The translations under genes were made by a program, and so were the position numbers. DNA of 64,000 nucleotides from the sequence record MG655270.1. One strand, 5' to 3'. Position 1 is the stretch's first letter. Each line of letters starts with the position of its first letter. A model generated the notes under the pieces. That model made no database searches, had not been told where the DNA came from, and saw only the letters and a program-made list of their open reading frames with translations. Below are positions 50,743 to 60,641 of the stretch, in pieces.

Positions 50743-52000
50743 GACACCCGCATCGAAGGTTCCAAACCCGGTGCAGAACCCGGTGATCAAATCACCGGAG
50801 GTTAGAAACGAAGTGGTCGATTCCACTTATAACCCCCGTAAGTCGTTAATGACCTTTGTCGGGGGTTCGTCTTGGGTCATCACCTATTACAGTCAGGTCT
50901 TGGGCGAAGGCAGTGAGCCCATGGCCTTGCAGCATGACGAGCAAGGGACCACACAGCAGTACCTGCGTATTCGTCGCAATGTCATGAAAGTCTCCACCCC
51001 GCTGAACCACAACCCCGAGAAAGACCAGGGGCAAATGGAAATCACCGGGGCCGGTTATCTGATGCCAGGGATTGTGCCGAACCAAGGTGACATGTTTGTC
51101 GCCGATGTGGGTGATGGTCGTGCTGGACTCTTTACCATCAACGATATCGAGATCATGTCCATCTACAACGACACTGCGTATCAGGTGACGTATGAGATGA
51201 CGGACTTCTGGGATGCTGCTATCCAGAAGCTGCTTGATGACAAGACGGTGCAAGACACGGTCTACGACATGGACTTTGCCCGTACGGGTAAGAACCCGAT
51301 CATCGCCTCGGAAGACTTCTTTAACCGTGAGCGCATGATGGGACTGGAGGCCTCGTTAATCCATCACTTCTTCATGACGTTTTACGATAACGAGTTCAAC
51401 ACCTTCTTACTCCCGGGGCAATTGCGCACTACTTACGACCCGTACCATGCCCGGTTTGTGGATAAGTTGATTGACTACGATTCACGCCCAGGTCATGCCC
51501 GGGTTAACATCTACGACGAGTCACTCAAGGGTAATGCAAAACCCACGACGATCTGGGACCTGTTAGTTGCACAAGACCCGCTGATGTTTAAGTACATCAC
51601 CAAACAGATGCAAGTCTTGCCCGCGACGTACTTTCGCAGTGCCACCGCGCTGTACGGGGCAATTGCGTATGCAGGTATCTACGGGGTGGTCTATCCGGTC
51701 AGTACCGATATCTTCATTAATACCGATATCGCCATTCCAGTCACCCCCATCAACCCCTTGCTGTTCAGTGGGATTGGGATCAACAAAACCTACGTGTTAA
51801 GTGAGGCCTTCTATCTGCAGCAACCGCATCTGATGAGCGAGCTGGAGCGGCAGGTGTACAACCTCATTACCGGCTTACCCATCAACGTGGAGAAGCTGAT
51901 CGATTTGGTGGATGCCTACTTCGAGGCAGCGCCATTGGTACAATACTACGCATTTCCTCTATTAGTGTGTTTGTGCCGAACCGCACGTTATCGTTTATAG
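50729..52000 (+). CDS. Putative virion structural protein
   Basis: ATG 50729 overlaps the previous stop; beta-rich N-terminus (PNQGDMFVADVGDGRAGLF). Confidence 0.55.
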   Translation: MAIAKTPASKVPNPVQNPVIKSPEVRNEVVDSTYNPRKSLMTFVGGSSWVITYYSQVLGEGSEPMALQHDEQGTTQQYLRIRRNVMKVSTPLNHNPEKDQGQMEITGAGYLMPGIVPNQGDMFVADVGDGRAGLFTINDIEIMSIYNDTAYQVTYEMTDFWDAAIQKLLDDKTVQDTVYDMDFARTGKNPIIASEDFFNRERMMGLEASLIHHFFMTFYDNEFNTFLLPGQLRTTYDPYHARFVDKLIDYDSRPGHARVNIYDESLKGNAKPTTIWDLLVAQDPLMFKYITKQMQVLPATYFRSATALYGAIAYAGIYGVVYPVSTDIFINTDIAIPVTPINPLLFSGIGINKTYVLSEAFYLQQPHLMSELERQVYNLITGLPINVEKLIDLVDAYFEAAPLVQYYAFPLLVCLCRTARYRL

Positions 52001-52007
52001 GTGTTCT

Positions 52008-52637
52008 ATGACCCAGGTGATACATAGCACGGAATTTCTAAAGAGTGAACTGGAGCGTTTACAAGTGGTGCTGTTCGAGTGCCGCTATGAATGCCGTATC
52101 CGCCAACGCGATCTCTACGATGTTGACTATCTGCAAAACGTGGGACTGCCATCATCTGGGATAGCTTGGCTCGATCAGGAGATGGACAACCAGTTAGTGG
52201 ATATGTTCCTTACCATTAACAAGATGACCGAGTGTGTGAAGAATGGGTATAACTTCTACATCAACTACCCGGAGACCTACGCCGGGATCATCTACAAAGC
52301 GATCACCGACTACATCCGCTATTACGGCGAGCTCTCGGACCGTTTCCCGAACTTACCGTTACCGGATCAGGACGACTTTGAAATCCTGGATCAGACCGCC
52401 AGTAAGATCTATACAGTTTATCGCTGCTACGAGAAACCGGAAGAACTCTCGGGGATTGTCGGTCGTCTGCGTCGACGTCGTCGCTCCTTCGATCTGCAGA
52501 ACCCGGTGGCCGAAGTTGAGCTGCAGCGTGATGAAGACGGTAACGTGATTGCGAAGGAACATAACTCGATGCTGGATATGTTTGCTGATCGCATGACCGT
52601 GAAGAGGATTCCAAAGCATGAATTTGGAGAAGAGTAG
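52008..52637 (+). CDS. Hypothetical/structural protein
   Basis: 209 aa, AGGT RBS. Confidence 0.6.
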   Translation: MTQVIHSTEFLKSELERLQVVLFECRYECRIRQRDLYDVDYLQNVGLPSSGIAWLDQEMDNQLVDMFLTINKMTECVKNGYNFYINYPETYAGIIYKAITDYIRYYGELSDRFPNLPLPDQDDFEILDQTASKIYTVYRCYEKPEELSGIVGRLRRRRRSFDLQNPVAEVELQRDEDGNVIAKEHNSMLDMFADRMTVKRIPKHEFGEE

Positions 52638-53979
52638 TCTTTATAATGAAATCATCGCGATCGGGACCAAAGGCGGGCGCAGTGTCTACCGAATAAAGGC
52701 GGAGATCTTTTTTGATACCACCGTCTGTTCAGTATTCCGGGTACGCAGCCTCAATCGCTTTGATGACTTCATGAACCGCTATAGTGAAGAGCTGAACATT
52801 GAAGTGGCAATGTCGGAGGGGGTGTACAACCAACAGATTATCCCCAATGCCACGCGACTTAAGATGCACCTGGTGATTAACAAGTACGAACCGGGACAAG
52901 AACCCGTCAGTACGCGCTACACACTTCGGGTGTTTCCTAAAACGGGATATGACCCGCAGCTGACACAACAACGGGCCGCGGATATCAACCAGGCTGCGAT
53001 TGCTGCAACCTCCTTGCAGTTCTATCAGTTCCAGTTGTTTACCTCTGCGATTGAACAACTCAGTGCAACACCGTGTGCCGGGATCTTTCCTACTACCTCA
53101 CCGGCGGCGTTAATTCGGGTGTTACTGGGCGGGGTGTCGGAAGGGCTGGAGTTACCGTTAGAGGAAAAGCCGCTGGGGATGGAGATGTACCCGGTGGATG
53201 CGGTGACGCCAGATGGCAAGGAGATCATCAAGAACCATGTGGTGGTCAAGCCGATCCAGTTGTGTGACTTACCGGGCTTTCTACAGCACGAGTATGGGTT
53301 GTACAAGACAGCGATTGGGTCGTATTACCATAAGCAGTACTGGCACATCTGGCCGCTCTACAACACCAAACGGTTTGAACTGGTGCGCAAGAACCTGATT
53401 GTAGTCAACGTTCCTAAGGATAAGTTCCCTAACATGGAACACACCTATGAGATGCGTGGCTCGAGTCTGTGTGTCTTGGCGACCGGTGATACTGCAGTGC
53501 ACGACACGTCGAACCTGGCGCAATACCAGGAAGGCAATGGCGTCAGAGCAACCCGGTCCTCTGCGATGAGTGGTGATGAGGGGATGGAGGTGAAGCAGGG
53601 GCAGGTGGTGCTGCAGCGTGGTGCGACTAACTCTGAGTTCATTACCAATACCCGTCAAGGTGCAGTTAACTTCGCCCCCATGGCCGGTGAGATCACGGAC
53701 AACAGTTATCGCATTGTGTCAAAGACCGCAGTTAATAACGGAGCTACCATTCAGGTGACCTGGCAGAACGCCGACCCTGAGCTGATCTTTCCTGGCATGC
53801 CGGTGAAGTACCTCTACATGAAGTCGACGGGTGTTGAACAACGCTACGGGACGCTGGTGATGGCAGAGGCGCATTATCGACTCGCACAGGACGGGTTAGC
53901 TGATGAGGTGATGTTGTGTGATATAGCCTTAACCTTGTTCATTGATACCGCCGACGAAACCGCCAACAGTTCATTGTAA
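52618..53979 (+). CDS. Putative baseplate hub-like structural protein
   Basis: 453 aa; beta-rich C-terminus (VTWQNADPELIFPGMPVKYLY). Confidence 0.45.
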   Translation: MNLEKSSLYNEIIAIGTKGGRSVYRIKAEIFFDTTVCSVFRVRSLNRFDDFMNRYSEELNIEVAMSEGVYNQQIIPNATRLKMHLVINKYEPGQEPVSTRYTLRVFPKTGYDPQLTQQRAADINQAAIAATSLQFYQFQLFTSAIEQLSATPCAGIFPTTSPAALIRVLLGGVSEGLELPLEEKPLGMEMYPVDAVTPDGKEIIKNHVVVKPIQLCDLPGFLQHEYGLYKTAIGSYYHKQYWHIWPLYNTKRFELVRKNLIVVNVPKDKFPNMEHTYEMRGSSLCVLATGDTAVHDTSNLAQYQEGNGVRATRSSAMSGDEGMEVKQGQVVLQRGATNSEFITNTRQGAVNFAPMAGEITDNSYRIVSKTAVNNGATIQVTWQNADPELIFPGMPVKYLYMKSTGVEQRYGTLVMAEAHYRLAQDGLADEVMLCDIALTLFIDTADETANSSL

Positions 53980-53991
53980 TTAGTGACATTC

Positions 53992-54030
53992 ATCCCTAGT
54001 CTTATGAGCTCCTGGCTCATAGGCTAGGAT
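53992..54030 (+). terminator. Long stem-loop after the structural operon
   Basis: CCTAGTCTTATGAGC-TCCTG-GCTCATAGGCTAGG. Confidence 0.55.
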
Positions 54031-54044
54031 GGATTTATTCTTAG

Positions 54045-54054
54045 ACCTACATTA
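54045..54054 (+). promoter_or_regulatory. Candidate phage promoter ACCTACATTA
   Basis: Third identical copy, about 35 nt upstream of ATG 54089. Confidence 0.5.
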
Positions 54055-54088
54055 TCGAGATGATCCAATAAAATATAAGGACTTCACC

Positions 54089-55567
54089 ATGAGTCGCAAT
54101 TTCTCGTTGACCACCCTCATCAATCTCCTTCAAGCTGAGCTCGATTGGTACTCTACCCAGTTTCCTGAGTTTGAAGCCGATGTGCTGGACATTGTTAATA
54201 ACACCATCAGCGGTAAATTAACCGCCAGTGACTTTGGCTGGACTTATAATCGTCTGATCTCTAAATTTGGTCTGGTGATGCAGGATACCGGCAACCCGCG
54301 GGCAAGGTTCTTGCGTTGCATCGTACCGAACTGCACCCATGGCGTTGTCCCGCTGCTGCAGAGCATTCGTAATTACGGTGATCAACACATCGATCGTGAT
54401 CACATCATGGCCAGCGCCGTAGAGATCTTGCTGGGAAATTCCGTCGCCCCGATTATCAGCAGTTTTTATAAAAGCATCAAGCAGGGTGGCGATACTGCAC
54501 CGTGGGAGCGTGAGGGTTATTATGAATTGTTGTATATGCGCTTGCGCAACAACCGCCATCAATTCCCTTCAGGCTTTCAGGTGCTGCAACCCCAACCGCG
54601 CTTGACGGATGAACTCTCCACTGAGATCTATCGTCGCTTTGATGAGATTGTCGGTGCCCTGGAGAAGTTTAACAGCGACCCACAATACGCGTCAGAGAAC
54701 TACACCCTGCACGGCCTGCAAGATCCGTGGACTCATGCCGGGACTCGGGGCGATACCATGGCAGCGAAGTTGTGCCGTGCAATTGATGGTGAACGCCCCC
54801 ACCACTATGACGAAGATGAAGACGAGGAGCTTTCGTTTAACCTCACGCCCTATAACCCGGAAGCGGATTTAGTGAGCACGCTGAATAACGTGCATCATCT
54901 TCAGCCAATTGTGAAAGCCATCGTCAGTGCGGCAGCCACCAAAGAGTCTATTGATGAACGTTACCCGTTTCGTCAACCTCACGGTGTGCTTCAGTTGGTG
55001 CAGAAAGGTTACTTCGATGGCCTGACCCCAAAACACCTCAACGAGATCTACAGCACCGATCTCACTATCCCTGCGATCCACAACGTATTAAGTAAGGTAA
55101 CTTACTATAGTCGCGATGACCATGCGCAGCTTGAACTCGACCAGAACGGCAACATTCCTGATCGTCAAATCAACCCGGTGATCACTAACTTTAACCAAGC
55201 TCTAAACCGTACATACCCAACCAATATCCCGTTACTGACCATTCCGATGCCGGTGGCCATGAACGAAGAGCTCGACTTTGCAGCCCTCGCGAAAACCGAG
55301 ATCAGAAACTATAACCGGGATGGGTATCTGTGGTTGTTGCTCGGTATCGTCTTTGACATCAGTAAAATGACCGTGACGTATCGCCGTCAGCTGAACCGCA
55401 TCAAAGGCGTGCCGTTACGGAAGGTGTGGGAACTGCCTCTGATCGTCACACCACATCGCACCATCGAAGAGATCTTTGCTGATCTTGGTTATGAAATCTT
55501 AGAGGTAACTGATCCAAATGCCAAAACAGAAGCTCCAGTTCGAAAACCTGGTGGCAAGCGTAAATGA
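54089..55567 (+). CDS. Hypothetical protein with basic C-terminal tail
   Basis: AAGGA RBS before ATG 54089; ends RKPGGKRK. Confidence 0.75.
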   Translation: MSRNFSLTTLINLLQAELDWYSTQFPEFEADVLDIVNNTISGKLTASDFGWTYNRLISKFGLVMQDTGNPRARFLRCIVPNCTHGVVPLLQSIRNYGDQHIDRDHIMASAVEILLGNSVAPIISSFYKSIKQGGDTAPWEREGYYELLYMRLRNNRHQFPSGFQVLQPQPRLTDELSTEIYRRFDEIVGALEKFNSDPQYASENYTLHGLQDPWTHAGTRGDTMAAKLCRAIDGERPHHYDEDEDEELSFNLTPYNPEADLVSTLNNVHHLQPIVKAIVSAAATKESIDERYPFRQPHGVLQLVQKGYFDGLTPKHLNEIYSTDLTIPAIHNVLSKVTYYSRDDHAQLELDQNGNIPDRQINPVITNFNQALNRTYPTNIPLLTIPMPVAMNEELDFAALAKTEIRNYNRDGYLWLLLGIVFDISKMTVTYRRQLNRIKGVPLRKVWELPLIVTPHRTIEEIFADLGYEILEVTDPNAKTEAPVRKPGGKRK

Positions 55568-55913
55568 TTTCGCTGGTCAACTGGGTCAGGTAGCTGTGCT
55601 GATCGAAGGCTTTGATGGGGGCGCTAAGCGCCCCTACTTAGCGTTTGCTCTCCATATGCTCCTTTCATCAGACGCGTCCGAGCGACTGGGTGCCGGTTGG
55701 TACCTGTTACTCATTCGGGCTATGTACAACGAACTCGGCCATGAGTTCACTGCCGTTGATGAGTTAGACGACTTCATCGATACTTTTTATGACTTGTTTG
55801 ATGCACACAACATCGAACTGAACGACGCCGTCGTGAACGAATTGAATATCGCTTTCGACATGTTTGAAGAGTCACTCGACCTGGGTGATGCCACCGACGA
55901 GTATGACGACTAA
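55518..55913 (+). CDS. Small, strongly acidic protein
   Basis: 131 aa; D/E- and aromatic-rich C-terminal half. Confidence 0.65.
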   Translation: MPKQKLQFENLVASVNDFAGQLGQVAVLIEGFDGGAKRPYLAFALHMLLSSDASERLGAGWYLLLIRAMYNELGHEFTAVDELDDFIDTFYDLFDAHNIELNDAVVNELNIAFDMFEESLDLGDATDEYDD

Positions 55914-55942
55914 TTCCCATCCTTAATTAACCGAGACGTAAA

Positions 55943-56164
55943 ATGAAAAAGAACATCCTACTGGCTGTGGTCCTGCTGTCTGCATTTCCTTCTGTAAAGG
56001 CATCCATGGATGTCCCGCCAGACCCGTACACCATTCAGTGTTTATCGGAGACTGAATGCTTTTATGCTAATGGACGTAAAGTGACTGAGCAGGAACTTCA
56101 GAAACTGGCGCTCCTGATTCAACAAGAGGAACAAAATGAGTCAAGTCAAAACAATGACGGCTGA
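55943..56164 (+). CDS. Small secreted protein
   Basis: MKKNILLAVVLLSAFPSVKA signal peptide; Cys pair. Confidence 0.6.
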   Translation: MKKNILLAVVLLSAFPSVKASMDVPPDPYTIQCLSETECFYANGRKVTEQELQKLALLIQQEEQNESSQNNDG

Positions 56165-56918
56165 AGAGATCAGAAAGGCGATGTGGGTTTATGATGCATT
56201 GTCTAACAGCCACCGTGGTCTGTATGTCAAAGCAGAAGGTCCGGATGGTTCGGGTAAGTCAACCTTTGTGAAACTGTTAACGGAATGGTTACAGACACAG
56301 TTAGGTAACAGCCGGGCGGTGATGACCCGTGAAATGGGCGGCACTGCACAAGGTCGTGTCTTTCGTGAAATGGTGCTCTTCCCTAAAGAGACCCAAGAGC
56401 TGGATCTGCAAACTGAAACGCTGCTGTGCTGGGCTGATCGGGTTGAAGGCCAGAAGCAAGTTAAAGCCTGGTTAAACGCCGGGATCGCTGTGGTTCAGGA
56501 TCGTACCTACTTCTCCACCTACGCTTATCAAGGCATGCTGTACGGACAGTCACCGTTGGTAAGCAAGATTCATTCCGGCCTGGACATCATGAACGCGGAT
56601 ATCGTGTTTGTGTTGGACGTTGACCCAGAAGACATTCTGGCACGCGTAGGTCGTCGTGAAGCAAAGGGTAATGAAGATCCAACGGGTAATGACCGGATGG
56701 ATGTGATGACCGATCGGCAGCTAAAAGACCTCTGCTACTTTTACCGGGGTATTGAGCACCAGATGCCCGCCTGTGCCAATATCAAACAATCTAAAGTCAT
56801 CCACCTGGATGGCCGGCAAACGCAGGAGCAATTGCTGCAGGATGCCATTGTTCACTTAACCCGTTTTCTGGATGAGAAGGAACGCGAAGCAAATGACCTC
56901 TGCCGTGCTATTTGCTAA
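56136..56918 (+). CDS. tmk: Thymidylate (dTMP) kinase
   Basis: EGPDGSGKST P-loop, TREMGGT, DRVEGQ, DRTYFSTYAYQG. Confidence 0.92.
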   Translation: MSQVKTMTAEEIRKAMWVYDALSNSHRGLYVKAEGPDGSGKSTFVKLLTEWLQTQLGNSRAVMTREMGGTAQGRVFREMVLFPKETQELDLQTETLLCWADRVEGQKQVKAWLNAGIAVVQDRTYFSTYAYQGMLYGQSPLVSKIHSGLDIMNADIVFVLDVDPEDILARVGRREAKGNEDPTGNDRMDVMTDRQLKDLCYFYRGIEHQMPACANIKQSKVIHLDGRQTQEQLLQDAIVHLTRFLDEKEREANDLCRAIC

Positions 56919-57204
56919 TGTGACCGAACCGCTGTTGCTGAAACTCAAAGAGGTGAATGAAGCGGTTGACCTCGAGTGGCTGATTGAACAGGGTAAGATG
57001 GTCAGTCTTATTCGTAAGAACGTCGTGCGTGCTGAACGTGACGACGGCGCGCATGTGCATGTGATGGTGTTTCCCCGCGAGTATCTTCTGAACCTCGCTG
57101 ACCGCCATGACGATGCGCAATATCAGGCCTGGTTAATCGAAAGCAAGATCAAGCCTTTTAAAGAGCATTACGCTCACGGTAGTCTCAGTATGTACGTGTA
57201 CTAA
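56872..57204 (+). CDS. Hypothetical protein (start may be 56893)
   Basis: Overlaps the end of tmk. Confidence 0.6.
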   Translation: MRRNAKQMTSAVLFANVTEPLLLKLKEVNEAVDLEWLIEQGKMVSLIRKNVVRAERDDGAHVHVMVFPREYLLNLADRHDDAQYQAWLIESKIKPFKEHYAHGSLSMYVY

Positions 57205-57207
57205 CTT

Positions 57208-57242
57208 TAAGCAGGAGTAAGGAAACTTACTCCGCTTATGCC
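57208..57242 (+). terminator. GAAA-tetraloop hairpin plus TTATGCC
   Basis: GGAGTAAG-GAAA-CTTACTCC-GCTTATGCC. Confidence 0.75.
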
Positions 57243-57267
57243 AATTTAATTTAACCGGACGTGTATC

Positions 57268-57678
57268 ATGAAATTAGGCTTTTATTACGCATTAGTAAAG
57301 AACCATGTGTCAGGTAAACGTGAGATCTTATCCATCCAACGTGAGAGTGTCGCAGAACTCTTCCCAGTGTGTTATACGCGACTCTGTAAAGAGATCGAGG
57401 AAAACCACAGTGGTAAGTACGAAACCTCAGCATTGGCCTTTGGTGCGCTTAAAATCGAGTATCATGCAGCCAGTCAATTGGGAACGGTATGGATTGGCCA
57501 TACCAAGGTCGGAATCATTACCCCGAAAGCCACGTTGATCTCGGTAGGTGTGGAGTATCCGATTGGGACTTTCTATCTATCCCCACCGCCAAGTCTGCAG
57601 CTTGGTGACCCGGAATTGATTCAGTTACGGGATGTGGTGGCCAGTGTTATTGGCGATGCAACATGGGTGATGAACTAA
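57268..57678 (+). CDS. Hypothetical protein
   Basis: 136 aa. Confidence 0.65.
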   Translation: MKLGFYYALVKNHVSGKREILSIQRESVAELFPVCYTRLCKEIEENHSGKYETSALAFGALKIEYHAASQLGTVWIGHTKVGIITPKATLISVGVEYPIGTFYLSPPPSLQLGDPELIQLRDVVASVIGDATWVMN

Positions 57679-58175
57679 TGGCGAAGATCAATGTCTCGAA
57701 TGCCACGACTTATAAGTTCTTTAAAGAACGTGCAAACCATACACTGCGTCATTTTGCCCAAGATCTTGATCCGGGTATTCTGCCGGTCGTAAGGGAACTT
57801 AACGCAATAGAAGGGATCGCCCCCGTCTGGAGTTGTGAGTCACACCCTAAAGGTAATGCACATCTTCTTCGCGAGGCATACGTTATCTGTGTGGTCACTG
57901 GGCGGGGGATGGATAAGTTAGAAGAGATCTATAAAGAATGGATGCGGTTGCTAGACCAAGATCGATCATCCTGGCGTAAAGACGATACCGCCCATTCTCG
58001 TAGAAAACGAGTATTTGCTCATCATGTGGTAATCACAACACGTCGCTTGACTTGGCCTAATGACTTCAGTCGCCACTATACCTCTGTCTGTTTAGGGTAT
58101 GAGCGCCTTAATGCCGTCAACAAGCGCTTGGTGCTTCTGTCGTTTGAACAAGCTATCCGTAACGTAACCTTTTAA
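57678..58175 (+). CDS. Hypothetical protein with TYW3-like N-terminal motif
   Basis: TAATG coupling; DLDPGILPVVRELN...VWSCESH. Confidence 0.55.
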   Translation: MAKINVSNATTYKFFKERANHTLRHFAQDLDPGILPVVRELNAIEGIAPVWSCESHPKGNAHLLREAYVICVVTGRGMDKLEEIYKEWMRLLDQDRSSWRKDDTAHSRRKRVFAHHVVITTRRLTWPNDFSRHYTSVCLGYERLNAVNKRLVLLSFEQAIRNVTF

Positions 58176-58182
58176 ACTTAAT

Positions 58183-58250
58183 CGGCATAACCCCCTGAGA
58201 GAGAAGCGCAATGCTTCTCTCTCAGGGATGCCTGAATCTCTTTTTTTTTT
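58183..58250 (+). terminator. 15-bp stem flanked by CGGCATAA/ATGCC, followed by T10
   Basis: CCCTGAGAGAGAAGC-GCAAT-GCTTCTCTCTCAGGG. Confidence 0.8.
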
Positions 58251-58370
58251 AGTCTGGTTAAATATAGTGGATAGAGAATTAACTTGAATAACAAAAAATA
58301 AAGCAAAGTAATATCAACGCCGGTAAGGGCTACAACAGTTGTTCTAATTTTCAGGCACGTAGCCTAGGAG

Positions 58371-58409
58371 AAAAAAAAAGGAGGAAGCAGCTTATCCAGT
58401 TACTTCCTC
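58371..58409 (-). terminator. Intrinsic terminator for the DnaB gene
   Basis: Minus strand GAGGAAG...CTTCCTC followed by CTTTTTTTT. Confidence 0.6.
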
Positions 58410-58450
58410 AAAAACGTTATTTCTCGTCGTCCCCATTCTGGGACATAGTA

Positions 58451-59983
58451 TTACCCAAACCACGGAGCTCCACCGCCATCAGAGTTTGTCTCTCCGGCAA
58501 CGTGCTTACGGGATTTGTCCTTTCCATTCACATCATCAAGAATACCGACTCCAGGTTCGAACTTGTAAACGCAATATTTATCACGCTCAGGTGTAATCGA
58601 AATGGTGCGATGCTTACCGCGCTGAATGCACAGATAAGACTCTTCACCAACACGGACAATATGGATAATCATTTCCACATCGACTTCTTGGTCGATCTTG
58701 GTACAGTTATCCCAATAACCTTTATTCGCTGTTTCACGTGGAAGGTCTTCTTCGAGACCGTTACGGACCAGCATCTTCGCAGCAGGACTCAACTGATGCG
58801 GAGTAATGACACAGATACCACGAGCTGAAGTAAAGTTACGGACACGACGGAAAAGATCACGGTACTCTTGTCCCGCAACACCTTTCTCGCAACCTTCTTT
58901 ACTGAACATCCCCAGGTAGTCGATGGTTAATAGATGAATCTCATAGCCCATGTTCTCAAAGTGCTTGATACGCTCAAAGAGATTACGGTAACCAAACTGC
59001 GATGGGTTAACACGACAGAAGTTGACTTCATAACCGTTAACAGATAAGGCGGCTAAGACTTCACGGGCTGCTTCCGCTTCATCTACTGTCTGATGGTTAT
59101 GATCCAGGCCATCGATGTTTGCTTTGATCTTCTTCCACCACAGAACCATGTTGTCGGTCATGTTGTTTTCAGAAGAGATGTGCATGATCATCGGTTTTTT
59201 CTTCGGATCACGCATGTACGGTTTGTTAAAGGTGGCGATCTGACGTGTCAGATCCATGGTGAAGCCGGTCTTGTTGTTGTGCTGCAAGGCACCAATCAAG
59301 ACGAACTCACTGCGACGGAACCCGCCCACTTCACCCAGCATGCGGTTGATACCGGTGTAACCTGTCTTTAATACCCCAAGCGTAGAAGACTCTTCTTTCG
59401 CTTGCTTAAAGATCTTACCCACTTCTTCCAGGTTACTGACTGTAATGTCAGAGATCACCGCTGGGTCAAACTGTTCAGAGACACCGATGTTAACCGTTTC
59501 AATCTCTTCTAAGAGCTTGACCACCGCAGAATCCATGTCGATGTCTTCACCGCCAAAGATGATAGGTGCTGCAAACCGCTTGATGATGGCCTTCGCCCGA
59601 CGGTGCTGATCCCACTTACGCAGTTCACGTCCAATGGCGACCACAGACTGTTTGGCTTTGTAAGGATCATCCTCGGTGCTGCTGACACCCATTTCTAAGG
59701 CTTGGTAAGTTGCCGCGTCATGGCCGCAGTCAGTTAACAAGCGTTGAAGCAGATCAGTTTTATCCAGTGGTTGATTCTTAGGACGACTAATCATCCAGCG
59801 AATAGTGCGGCGTAAGGCTAGCTGTACATTGCGGGATTCGTCATCACCTGTACCTTCAACAGGGGTCGGAATGTTATCCAGGAGTTCATCAACGAACTCA
59901 CTGCTGTCATCGCTGTCAGTGCCAACAATGGACTCTTGATAAAATAACGTAATAATCTTTATGAGTAATAGAACGGTTTCCAT
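58451..59983 (-). CDS. dnaB: DnaB-like replicative helicase (phiKZ gp118-like)
   Basis: GAGGGG RBS before ATG 59983; Walker A variant GALQHNNKT, Walker B LLTIDYLG, ITPHQLS, IQRGKHR. Confidence 0.88.
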   Translation of the reverse strand: METVLLLIKIITLFYQESIVGTDSDDSSEFVDELLDNIPTPVEGTGDDESRNVQLALRRTIRWMISRPKNQPLDKTDLLQRLLTDCGHDAATYQALEMGVSSTEDDPYKAKQSVVAIGRELRKWDQHRRAKAIIKRFAAPIIFGGEDIDMDSAVVKLLEEIETVNIGVSEQFDPAVISDITVSNLEEVGKIFKQAKEESSTLGVLKTGYTGINRMLGEVGGFRRSEFVLIGALQHNNKTGFTMDLTRQIATFNKPYMRDPKKKPMIMHISSENNMTDNMVLWWKKIKANIDGLDHNHQTVDEAEAAREVLAALSVNGYEVNFCRVNPSQFGYRNLFERIKHFENMGYEIHLLTIDYLGMFSKEGCEKGVAGQEYRDLFRRVRNFTSARGICVITPHQLSPAAKMLVRNGLEEDLPRETANKGYWDNCTKIDQEVDVEMIIHIVRVGEESYLCIQRGKHRTISITPERDKYCVYKFEPGVGILDDVNGKDKSRKHVAGETNSDGGGAPWFG

Positions 59984-60011
59984 TATGCCCCTCGTTATAA
60001 GGTAATTAACC

Positions 60012-60641
60012 ATGTACAATGAAAAGTTGGTAATTGTGCCAGCGCCAATCCTTCGGGCTATTCACAATGCAAAAGAAAGTGAAGCAATTTTAACGTGTCC
60101 GAAAAGAATGCTTTCCATATTATCCAGACGTGATGTCATTTTCTACTACGTGGTGAATACTCTTCTTTGTGACTATTCCTATAAAGCAGACCCAGCCAAC
60201 CCAGAACCACCATTGGTGTCGGCGCTGCGGGATCTGTTGTCACACACTAACGGCGTAATGAATGCCTTTACCTCGCCGGCGTGGGTTGCGTTTGTTGATG
60301 AGAACGACGCCGATATCCAAAGTGAGCGTCGACTGAAAGCGCGTAGTATCTATGAGTACCTGACTGGTGAACCGTATGCATGGAATTCAACAGAAGGTGA
60401 CGATTCTTTAAGCTATATCTATGACACCCAGGCGAAAGTCGTGGGAGGTGAAGCCGTTGCAGTGTTGATTAATGCTGTGAAGGAGAACGATAGTTACAAT
60501 ATCATCAGTCATCAACGTTTATTCGAACAAACCATTCTGGCGTTCACTACACTGACAGCAGACACCAAAAGCTTTGCTTCCCTTTATAAAGGCTTTTGTG
60601 AACTGGTTTACCAAGACTCGCTAATCCGACGTTTTGTGTAA
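60012..60641 (+). CDS. Hypothetical protein between DnaB and capsid (phiKZ gp119 position)
   Basis: 209 aa, AAGGT RBS. Confidence 0.7.
   Translation: MYNEKLVIVPAPILRAIHNAKESEAILTCPKRMLSILSRRDVIFYYVVNTLLCDYSYKADPANPEPPLVSALRDLLSHTNGVMNAFTSPAWVAFVDENDADIQSERRLKARSIYEYLTGEPYAWNSTEGDDSLSYIYDTQAKVVGGEAVAVLINAVKENDSYNIISHQRLFEQTILAFTTLTADTKSFASLYKGFCELVYQDSLIRRFV

Noticed and set aside
58180-58322. 46-codon hydrophobic minus-strand peptide (LILLCFIFLLF...)
   Set aside because: TTG start, no RBS, reads through a terminator; T-rich DNA gives such peptides by chance
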